Source: Eledone cirrhosa (taxonomy: Eukaryota). From it: a DNA stretch of 64,000 nt. Where the stretch lies: the NCBI GenBank assembly GCA_964016885.1, contig OZ024757.1:37572001-37636000 (forward strand), read 5' to 3'. The stretch's first letter is position 1. Every line of letters begins with the position of its first letter. Shown here in pieces: positions 1 through 11,282 of this stretch. The position numbers were made by a program, and so were the translations under genes. Under the pieces are notes generated by a model. That model ran no database searches and was not told the DNA's origin. It was given only the letters and a program-made list of their open reading frames with translations.

Positions 1-31
1 AGATTCATAGACATATACGTACACACATACG

Positions 32-71
<40 letters not shown>

Positions 72-106
72 GACATACATATTTACATACATAGATACGA
101 ACAGAT

Positions 107-158
<52 letters not shown>

Positions 159-339
159 TTATCCCGGGTTCAATGGGAGGTAACCACAGTAAGGTACTCA
201 ATACATAACAGAGTATAAATATTTAATATAGAAATGGCTTCTACTGGATTAGAACTGTTTCATTCGGGAGAAATCATCATATGCGTTCATATATGTATAT
301 GAACAAAGACCGACTTTGAGTGGACTCCCGTCAGTTTCA

Positions 340-565
340 GCGATGAGTGTTCGAATTATTTGATAAACAGAACGGCCTATTGATGAAATTATACTGCAGA
401 TACCTTCGCATTCCACAGGCACGTGTATTCAACGTATTTCTAGCCAATTTGACGCACGAGGCATGGATCGACTCGTGGCTATAGTTAACAACACTTGCCC
501 AAGATGTCACGATGTGGGATTGAACCCCGAGACCTAAAGTTTTCCAGGCAATCTTCTTTAGCTTT
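340..565 (-). mobile_element. Decayed tRNA-derived SINE
   Basis: Minus strand has a B-box-like GGGGTTCAATCCCA followed by CATCTTGGGCAAGTGTTGTTAACTATAGCC. It resembles the SINE heads at 4660-4775 and 47927-48030. Confidence 0.55.
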
Positions 566-1140
566 CTGCTGTTAAATTTCGACATTACTGACACAAGGAC
601 GGAGAGACACAACTGCAAAACTTCTCTACCAGAAAACTGACATTCCGACATTCATATATTCATATATTCTGTCAATACCAACATTCATATATTCTGTCAA
701 TGCTAACATGGCCGCCACTGGCAATATAACCGCCATTACCTCTATAACCGCTGCAAAGGCCCGATATGGAAGCTATTGCCAATATGGCTGCCATGGTCTC
801 TATGAATAACGTTGCCTTCGTGACGGACGTAGCCAGTATAGCAGTTATAGCCGTCATGATCTTCATGATCATTATTGCCAACATGGCGGCCGTCACCCCT
901 AAAGCTGCCGTCGCCAACATGGCCGACAGACAGTACATTGACACAGAACAGAGGAGGAAATACAACAAACATACAAACAAACAAACAAATGAAATGAGTA
1001 ACGAAATGTAGAGAAAAATATAAGTAAATAAATAAAATAATAAATGGAGAGAGACTTAGAAAAAATATATATGAAAGAAGCATAAATGTAGAAAAAAATG
1101 ATCAATTCATATATGTAAATATGTAAATATATTTATATGG

Positions 1141-1219
1141 CTATATATATATAAATATATCGATATATGTATATATATGGATATATGTATATATATATAT
1201 ATATATATAAATATATGGA

Positions 1220-1273
<54 letters not shown>

Positions 1274-1353
1274 TATGGATATATGTATATATATATATAA
1301 ATATATGGATATATGTATATATATATATATAAATATATGGATATATGTATATA

Positions 1354-1390
<37 letters not shown>

Positions 1391-1391
1391 A

Positions 1392-1446
<55 letters not shown>

Positions 1447-1506
1447 GGATATATAGATATATATATATATATACGGATATATATATATATATATACGGAT
1501 ATATAG

Positions 1507-1540
<34 letters not shown>

Positions 1541-1580
1541 GGATATATATATATATATATGGATATATATATATATATAT

Positions 1581-1654
<74 letters not shown>

Positions 1655-1661
1655 ATGTATG

Positions 1662-1698
<37 letters not shown>

Positions 1699-1720
1699 AT
1701 ATATATATACTTGTATACAA
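1141..1720. repeat. (TA)n microsatellite with TATGGA/TACGGA interruptions
   Basis: Directly visible. Confidence 0.95.
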
Positions 1721-1780
1721 ATATGCAAACAAGATACGTATATAATTTTCTGTATGACGCATTGAAATCTAAGAGTGCAA

Positions 1781-1818
<38 letters not shown>

Positions 1819-2142
1819 CCGTGTGTGTGTATATATATTTATATAAACATACAATGTATATATGTGTATATATAATAATAAATAGGAAGAGATAGTTTTA
1901 CAATTCTGCACACACTCACACATGCACTCACACACACTTACACATGCACTCACACACACTTACACATACACTCATACACTCACACATACGAACACACGTT
2001 TTTAAACTTCCAGACATTCACATTTTGTAAAGTGCAGATAGCGTAAATCCATAAAGTTATGATGCTATTTGCATACCGACCAAACTGGAAAAACACACCT
2101 ACATACACACTAGCACTTACATATGTATATGTACACACACAC

Positions 2143-2196
<54 letters not shown>

Positions 2197-2574
2197 CCTC
2201 TTACATAATGACCTATCCGCAAGACCACACATTTATACACGTATATGCACACATCATCTGAATAAATTGATATAACTCTTAAACACACATATATATATAC
2301 ATGTATGTATATTTATATCTCTCTCTATATATATTCTATATCTATATAAAATATATGAATATATATAAAATATGAATATATTTATCCACTACTATATTAT
2401 ATATATATATATATATATATGTATACATATGTATACATATATTTATGGGTATATATGTGCATGTATATGTCCTCATGCATATATAAATACATCTCTCTTT
2501 TCCTCTCTTTAAATATACACATATACATTATATACATATATTTATACATTTATGCACCTGCATTCCAATTCAGT

Positions 2575-2639
<65 letters not shown>

Positions 2640-2789
2640 TTTGCATGGATATACATACATCACGGACACACACACACACACATGTATATATATATATGTA
2701 TACACACAGGCATACATCCAGATATAATGTATGCTGTGAAAAATCAAACAGTCTTCTTTCTAAAAGAGATGTACATGTCGGTAGATAAT

Positions 2790-2795
2790 TTTATT
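2790..2795 (-). promoter_or_regulatory. Candidate polyadenylation signal AATAAA for the mucin-like exon
   Basis: TTTATT on the + strand, about 110 nt downstream of the TAA at 2903-2905 on the minus strand. Confidence 0.4.
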
Positions 2796-2902
2796 GTAAG
2801 TTTATCATGCATGAAATGGCTGCCTCAACTAAAATATGATACAGCAAAATAAAATGTATTATAATTACACAATAAATAATAAAGAAACAAAAATCCAGTT
2901 TT

Positions 2903-4127
2903 TTATGCCGTCGTTATTTGAATGGTGTTGGTGGGGAGTACATATACTGTGGTGGAGTTGGTGGTGGGTACTGGGTTAGTAGTGTTGTCCATAGTATTGG
3001 TGGGGAGTACATATACTGTGGTGGAGTTGGTGGTGGGTACTGGGTTAGTAGTGTTGTCCATAGTATTGGTGGGGAGGACATATACTGTGGTGGAGTTGGT
3101 GGTGGGTACTGGGTTAGTAGTGTTGTCCATAGTATTGGTGGGGAGGACATATACTGTGGTGGAGTTGGTGGTGGGTACTGGGTTAGTAGTGCTGTCCATA
3201 GTATTGGTGGGGAGTACATATACTGTGGTGGAGTTGGTGGTGGGTACTGGGTTAGTAGTGTTGTCCATAGTATTGGTGGGGAGGACATATACTGTGGTGG
3301 AGTTGGTGGTGGGTACTGGGTTAGTAGTGTTGTCCATAGTATTGGTGGGGAGGACATATACTGTGGTGGAGTTGGTGGTGGGTACTGGGTTAGTAGTGTT
3401 GTCCATAGTATTGGTGGGGAGGACATATACTGTGGTGGAGTTGGTGGTGGTTACTGGGTTAGTAGTGTTGTCCATAGTATTGGTGGGGAGGACATATACT
3501 GTGGTGGAGTTGGTGGTGGGTACTGGGTTAGTAGTGTTGTCCATAGTATTGGTGGGGAGGACATATACTGTGGTGGAGTTGGTGGTGGGTACTGGGTTAG
3601 TAGTGTTGTCCATAGTATTGGTGGGGAGGACATATACTGTGGTGGAGTTGGTGGTGGGTACTGGGTTAGTAGTGTTGTCCATAGTATTGGTGGGGAGGAC
3701 ATATACTGTGGTGGAGTTGGTGGTGGGTACTGGGTTAGTAGTGCTGTCCATAGTATTGGTGGGGAGTACATATACTGTGGTGGAGTTGGTGGTGGGTACT
3801 GGGTTAGTAGTGCTGTCCATAGTATTGGTGGGGAGGACATATACTGTGGTGGAGTTGGTGGTGGGTACTGGGTTAGTAGTGCTGTCCATAGTATTGGTGG
3901 GGAGGACATATACTGTGGTGGAGTTGGTGGTAGGTACTGGGTTAGTAGTGTTGTCCATAGTATTGGTGGGGAGGACATATACTGTGGTGGAGTTGGTGGT
4001 GGGTACTGGGTTAGTAGTGCTGTCCATAGTATTGGTGGGGAGGACATATACTGTGGTGGAGTTGGTGGTGGTTACTGGGTTAGTAGTGTTGTCCATAGTA
4101 TTGGTGGTCGTGGATGGATTAAAATTT
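2903..4127 (-). CDS. Putative terminal exon of a mucin-like glycoprotein: 17 x 23-aa repeat MD(N/S)TTNPV(P/T)TTNSTTVYVLPTNT
   Basis: Acceptor TTCATTATCTATACAG (CAG at 4130-4128) leads in frame through the non-repeat leader NFNPSTTTNT into 17 x 69-bp units, then IQITTA-stop and a downstream AATAAA. The protein is Thr/Pro/Asn-rich with NTT/NST sequons. Two of the four variant sites among units are synonymous in this frame (GTC/GTA, CCC/CCT). Upstream exons were not identified. Confidence 0.55.
2924..4105. repeat. 69-bp minisatellite, 17 near-identical copies
   Basis: Unit on the + strand: TTGGTGGGGAG(G/T)ACATATACTGTGGTGGAGTTGGTGGTGGGTACTGGGTTAGTAGTG(T/C)TGTCCATAGTA. Confidence 0.97.
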
Positions 4128-4184
4128 CTGTATAGATAATGAACACAACGACAAGGATATGGTCCGAACGTGGAAGAGCCGAAC

Positions 4185-4455
4185 TCCTACTGTCATCGCC
4201 TCCATCTCTTTAGCCCTCCCCATCTCTCTGTATGGGGTGAGAAAATGGGGTCCCACGTGCTGGCCTCCCTACAGCCCCGGCAGACAGAATGGAAAAGGCG
4301 TTTCCCCGGAGGATGGTAAGGGAGATGCGCTAGAAGAGCCATTCCACCTCGCGAGGCTCACAATTGCGACTGGCCAGCTCAGCGCCTATAGTGGTGAGTA
4401 GGGAGGTAGCCCTAGGGACAAGGACACCAGAAGTCTCCACTGCTAAATGGGGAAT
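4185..4455 (-). mobile_element. 3' fragment of a CRE-like non-LTR retrotransposon (restriction-like endonuclease C-terminus), pseudogenised
   Basis: Minus translation LAVETSGVLVPRATSLLTTIGAELASRNCEPREVEWLF*RISLTILRGNAFSILSAG fits the 'AVETxG...LFQRISxAIxRGNA' REL-domain end of CRE-type elements. Homologous to 48195-48315. Confidence 0.7.
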
Positions 4456-4499
4456 GGCGTTCGTAGTTAACATACCGGTGTGGTTGGTTCGGTGGTTTA

Positions 4500-4775
4500 C
4501 ATGTCGACCTGATATTTATTTTTATCGATCTCGAACGGATGAAAGACAAAGCTAATCTCAGAGGAAGAATCGGCCCAGTATTTGACTGGTACTCTTTATC
4601 GACCTCGAATGAGTGAAAGACAAAGTTGACTTCGACGGGCTTCTAGAATTTTCTCAACCAAATCGCACACACTGTTGGCCATTATAGAAAAGATGTGCCC
4701 AAGCTGCAGCACACTGGGACCGAATCAGAAACCAACAAGGTGCAAAGCAAACTCGTTAACCACACAGCCACGCCT
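4500..4775 (-). mobile_element. Cluster of degenerate SINE pieces
   Basis: Two decayed copies of the TCGAC..GGATGAAAG.CAAAGT core (about 4520-4640), plus a tRNA-like head GCGTGGCTGTGTGGTTAACGAG on the minus strand (4660-4775). Confidence 0.55.
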
Positions 4776-5279
4776 AACTGAATATGTGTAACACAGCTCA
4801 AAATATTTGGTGTTAATTAAGCTTCGGTAATCGATAGAAGTGTATCGATAGTTCAGATAAGTATTAGATGCTTCTTCTATACTGTAAATGTCTGAAGAAT
4901 TCTCAGCTAAGCTTCTTACTACACAAAGACTTGTCTTTCTTGTTGAAAAAGTTTTTATTTCACCACTATCTCTCTCTCTCCCCCCTCTCGTTCACAGACA
5001 CACACATACATATCTTTGTATATATACGATTTTCTCTCTTTGTGTATGTATATGTATGTCTCTGTATATATCTGTGTGTGTTTATATATATATGTGAAAC
5101 ATTTTCACACACACACACGCGCACGCGCGCACGCACACACACACACTCTTTTCCAAATTCATCGAAATACACCGTTTTCTATCTCATTACATTTTCTACA
5201 CACACACACACACACACAGGCACACACACTAACACACACAGATACACACATTCATCCATTTTCACTTTTACTCCTATCT

Positions 5280-6180
5280 TACTCTCTCACCCCACGTTCA
5301 CTCTCTCTCTCCCTCTCACTCTCCCTCTCCCTCTGTCTCTCTCCCTCTGTCTCTCTCCCTCTCCCTCTATCTCTCTCCCTCTATCTCTCTCACTCTCTCT
5401 CTATCTCGCTCCCTCTTCCTCTATCTCTCTCACTCTCCCTCTGTCTCTCTCACTCTGTCTCTCTCCCTCTTTCTCTCATTCTCTTTCTCTCTCCTCTCTC
5501 TCCCTCTTTCTCTCATTCTCTTTCTCTCTCCTCTCTCTCCTCTCTCTCTCATTCTCATCTCTCTCCTCTCTCCTCTCTCTCTCCTCTCTCCTCTCTCTCT
5601 CCTCTCTCTCTCCTCTCTCTCTCCTCTCTCTCTCCTCTCTCTCTCCTCTCTCTCTCCTCTCTCTCTCCTCTCTCTCTCCTCTCTCTCCTCCTCTCTCTCC
5701 TCCTCTCTCTCCTCATCTCTCCTCCTCTCTCTCCTCATCTCTCCTCCTCTCTCTCCTCATCTCTCTCCTCTCTCTCCTCATCTCTCTCCTCTCTCTCCTC
5801 ATCTCTCTCCTCATCTCTCTCCTCTCTCTCCTCATCTCTCTCCTCATCTCTCTCCTCATCTCTCTCCTCTCTCTCCTCATCTCTCTCCTCCTCTCTCCTC
5901 ATCTCTCTCTTTCCTCGTCTCTCTCCTCTCTTTCCCCATCTCTCTCTTTCCTCGTCTCTCTCCTCATCTCTCTCTTTCCTCGTCTCTCTCCTCTCTCTCT
6001 TTCCTCGTCTCTCTCCTCTCTTCTCTCTTTCTTCTCTCCCCCCGCTCACTCTCCTCTCTCCCTCTCCTCTCTCTTTCGTCATCTCTCCTCCCCATCTCTC
6101 TCTTTCGTCATCTCTCCCCCCCTCTCCTCTCTACTCCCACCCCACATCCCCCCACATCTACCCCCTCTCCTCTCTCTCTC
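5280..6180. repeat. Polypyrimidine (CT/CCT)-rich tract, about 900 bp
   Basis: Almost pure C/T on the + strand. Confidence 0.95.
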
Positions 6181-6689
6181 CAACTGTCGACTATGAAATC
6201 TCTATCAACATTACAATTTATATCCACAAAAAACAACAGCAGCAAATTATAATAAAATACACTTTTACTTCTCTTATTTCTATCATGTAGTTGCTGCTGT
6301 TGTTGTTGCTGTTATTGTAGTTGTTGTTGTTATTGTAGTTGTTGTTTTTGTTGTTGTTGTTGTTCTTCTTCTTCTTGTCGTTGTTGTTTTAGTTATTGTG
6401 GTATTTTCTATTTTGTATTTTTTCCCTTCCTCTGCCATTTCTTTCGTTCGTTTCTTTTTCTTTTTCTCTTTTTTCTTTTTTTCATTCTTTTTCATCATCT
6501 TTCTTTCTCTCTCTTTTATTCTTTAATTCTCTCTCTCTCTCTCTTTATCTATTTATGTATATATCTATTCCTAAAAAGTCATTGCCTTCCCATCATTCCC
6601 TCAGCAGACGATACAATCTACTTGTTAATGGAGCTTCAATTGCAGGAAATTGGACGCTTTCTAGATCACTGGGTCTTTATTTTTCTCTT

Positions 6690-9600
6690 CATACCACCAC
6701 CACCACCACCACCATACCATCATACCACCACCAATAACCTCGTTATTACCAGCACCACCATACCAATAGTACCGTTAACATAACTACCACCACCATACCA
6801 TCAATACCATGCCAATAACATCGTTATTACCATCATCATCATCGCCCTACCAACATACCAATAGCAACATTACCACCACATTTACCATATCATCACACCA
6901 ATAGCACCGTTACCACCACCACCTTCACTATACCATCCTACCAACATCACCACCATCACACCAATAGCACCGTTACCACCACCACCACCACCACCACCTT
7001 CACTATACCATCATACCAACACCACCACCACCACCACCACCATCACACCAATAGCACCGTTACCACCACCACCTTCACTATACCATCATACCAATACCAC
7101 CACCATCACACCAATAGCACCGTTACCACCACCACCACCACCTTCACTATACCATCATACCAACATCACCACCACCACCATCACACCAATAGCACCGTTA
7201 CCACCACCACCACCACCTTCACTATACCATCATACCAACATCACCACCACCACCATCACACCAATAGCACCGTTATCACCACCACCTTCACTATACCATC
7301 ATACCAACACCACCACTATCATCACACCAATAGCACCGTTACCACCACCACCTTCACTATACCATCATACCAACACCACCACCACCACCACCACCACACC
7401 AATAGCACCGTTACCACCACCACCACCACCTTCACTATACCATCATACCAACACCACCACCACCACCACCACACCAATAGCACCGTTACCACCACCACCA
7501 CCACCACCACCTTCACTATAGCATCATACCAACACCACCACCACCATCACACCAATAGCACCGTTACCACCACCACCACCACCACCTTCACTATACCACC
7601 ATACCAACACCACCACCACCACCACCACCACCTTCACTATACCATCATACCAACACCACCACCATCACACCAATAGCACCGTTACCACCACCACCACCAC
7701 CTTCACTATACCATCATACACCACCACCACCACCATCACACCAATAGCACCGTTACCACCACCACCACCTTCACTATACCATCATACCAACACCACCACC
7801 ACCACCATCACACCAATAGCACCGTTACCACCACCACCACCTTCACTATACCATCATACCATCATACCACCACCACCACCACCACCACACCAATAGCACC
7901 GTTACCACCACCACCCTCACTATACCATCATACCAACACCACCACCATCACACCAATAGCACCGTTACCACCACCACCTTCACTATACCATCATACCAAC
8001 ACCACCACCATCACACCAATAGCACCGTTACCACCACCACCACCACCTTCACTATACCATCATACCACCACCACCACCACACCAATAGCACCGTTACCAC
8101 CACCACCACCACCTTCACTATACCATCATACCAACACCACCACCACCACCATCACACCAATAGCACCGTTACCACCACCACCACCTTCACTATACCATCA
8201 TACCATCACCACCACCACCACCACCACCACACCAATAGCACCGTTACCACCACCACCTTCACTATACCATCATACCAACACCACCACCATCACACCAATA
8301 GCACCGTTACCACCACCACCACCACCTTCACTATACCATCATACCACCACCACCACCACACCAATAGCACCGTTACCACCACCACCACCACCTTCACTAT
8401 ACCATCATACCAACACCACCACCACCACCATCACACCAATAGCACCGTTACCACCACCACCACCTTCACTATACCATCATACCATCACCACCACCACCAC
8501 CACCACCACACCAATAGCACCGTTACCACCACCACCTTCACTATACCATCATACCACCACCACCACCATCACACCAATAGCACCGTTACCACCACCACCA
8601 CCACCTTCACTATACCATCATACCATCACCACCACCACCACCACCACCACACCAATAGCACCGTTACCACCACCACCACCACCTTCACTATACCATCATA
8701 CCATCACCACCACCACCACCACCACCACACCAATAGCACCGTTACCACCACCATCACCACCTTCACTATACCATCATACCACCACCACCACCACCACCAT
8801 CCCACCAATAGCACCGTTACCACCACCACCACCACCTTCACTATACCATCATACCATCACCACCACCACCACCACCACCACACCAATAGCACCGTTACCA
8901 CCACCATCACCACCTTCACTATACCATCATACCAACACCACCACCACCACCATCCCACCAATAGCACCGTTACCACCACCACCACCACCTTCACTATACC
9001 ATCATACCAACATCACCACCACCACCACCACACCAATAGCACCGTTACCACCACCACCACCACCTTCACTATACCATCATACCAACACCACCACCACCAC
9101 CATCCCACCAATAGCACCGTTACCACCACCACCACCACCACCACCACCTTCACTATACCATCATACCAACACCACCACCACCATCACACCAATAGCACCG
9201 TTACCACCACCACCACCACCACCTTCACTATACCATCACACCAACACCACCACCACCATCACACCAATAGCACCGTTACCACCACCACAACCTTCACTAT
9301 ACCATCATACCACCACCACCACCACCACCACACCAATAGCACCGTTACCACCACCACCACCTTCACTATACCATCATACCATCATACCACCACCACCACC
9401 ACCACCACACCAATAGCACCGTTACCACCACCACCTTCACTATACCATCATACCAACACCACCACCATCACACCAATAGCACCGTTACCACCACCACCTT
9501 CACTATACCATCATACCAACACCACCACCATCACACCAATAGCACCGTTACCACCACCACCACCACCTTCACTATACCATCACCACCACCTCCTCCTCCA
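6690..9600. repeat. Compound minisatellite: ACACCAATAGCACCGTT-(ACC)n-TTCACTATACCATCATACC-(ACC)n, about 55-70 bp units
   Basis: Two fixed blocks alternate with variable-length ACC runs for about 2.9 kb. Confidence 0.95.
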
Positions 9601-9709
9601 CCATCACCTCCTCCTCCTCCTTTGCTCTTTGAACTTATTAGAGTTGACCATCTTTGATGTTTTAGTGTAATGAAATCAAAAATGGCGTAACGTTTTTAGC
9701 TGGAGGAAA

Positions 9710-10965
9710 ACAACAACAACAGCAACAGCAATACCACAACAGCAGCAATACCACAACAGCAGCAATAACAACAGCAGCAATAACAACAGCAGCAATACCA
9801 CCAACAGCATCAATACCACCAACAGCATCAATACCACCAACAGCAGCAATACCACCAACAGCAGCAATACCACAACAGCAGCAATAACAACAGCATCAAT
9901 ACCAACAACAGCATCAATAACAGCAGCAATACCACCAACAGCAGCAATACCACCAACAGCAGCAATACCACAACAGCAGCAATACCACAACAGCAGCAAT
10001 AACAACAGCATCAATAACAACAGCAGCAATACCACAACAGCAGCAATACCACAACAGCAGCAATAACAACAGCATCAATACCAACAACAGCATCAATACC
10101 ACCAACAGCAGCAATACCACCAACAGCAGCAATACCACCAACAGCAGCAATACCACCAACAGCAGCAATACCAACAACAGCATCAATACCAACAACAGCA
10201 GCAATACCACCAACAGCATCAATACCACCAACAGCAGCAATACCACCAACAGCAGCAATACCAACAACAGCATCAATACCAACAACAGCAGCAATACCAC
10301 CAACAGCAGCAATACCACCAACAGCAGCAATACCACCAACAGCAGCAATACCACCAACAGCAGCAATACCAACAACAGCATCAATACCAACAACAGCAGC
10401 AATACTACCAACAGCAGCAATAACAACAACAGCATCAATACCAACAACAGCAGCAATACCACCAACAGCATCAATACCACCAACAGCAGCAATACCACCA
10501 ACAGCAGCAATACCAACAACAGCAGCAATACCACCAACAGCATCAATACCACCAACAGCAGCAATACCAACAACAGCAGCAATACCAACAACAGCAGCAA
10601 TACCACCAACAGCAGCAATACCACCAACAGCATCAATACCAACAACAGCAGCAATACTACCAACAGCATCAATAACAATAGCAGCAATACCAACAGCATC
10701 AATACTACCAACAGCAGCAATACTACCAACAGCAGCAATACTACCAACAGCAGCAATATCAATAACAGCAACAGCAGCAATACCACCAACAGCAGCAATA
10801 CCACCAACAGCAGCAATACCACCAACAGCAGCAATACCACCAACAGCAGCAATAACAACAACAGCATCAATGCCAACAGCAGCAACAAGAATACCAGCAA
10901 CAATAGCACCAACTACTGCAACAACAACAATAATAGCAACAGTAACAGCAACAACAACAATAGCA
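9710..10965. repeat. 15/18-bp minisatellite (ACAGCAGCAATACCACCA)n
   Basis: Directly visible. Confidence 0.95.
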
Positions 10966-11233
10966 GAAACGACTAACACCCTCTCCCACCATACCATACC
11001 ATCATTAGCATACTACACAATGTACTACACAACCACCACCATCATCACTATAGTACACAACCATCACCATCACAACCACCACTACCGCCACCACCATCAC
11101 CATCATTATAGTACACACCCAACACAACCATTACCATCTTACAATATGGAAATATGGTCAATATTGGGTCTTGAAACCTTAGAGAGCTCTTTTGTTCTGT
11201 TGAATATAAATAGAGAATATATATATATGTGTA

Positions 11234-11280
<47 letters not shown>

Positions 11281-11282
11281 TA

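Noticed and set aside
2918-4139. Plus-strand 405-aa Gly/Tyr/Cys-rich and Val-rich ORFs
   Set aside because: They are antisense shadows of the 69-bp array. Splice acceptor, stop and poly(A) signal support only the minus Thr-rich frame, although the Gly-rich frame cannot be formally excluded.
10011-10997. (GGIAAV)n elastin/silk-like ORF
   Set aside because: An 18-bp minisatellite open in several frames, grading into simple trinucleotide repeats, with no credible exon boundaries.
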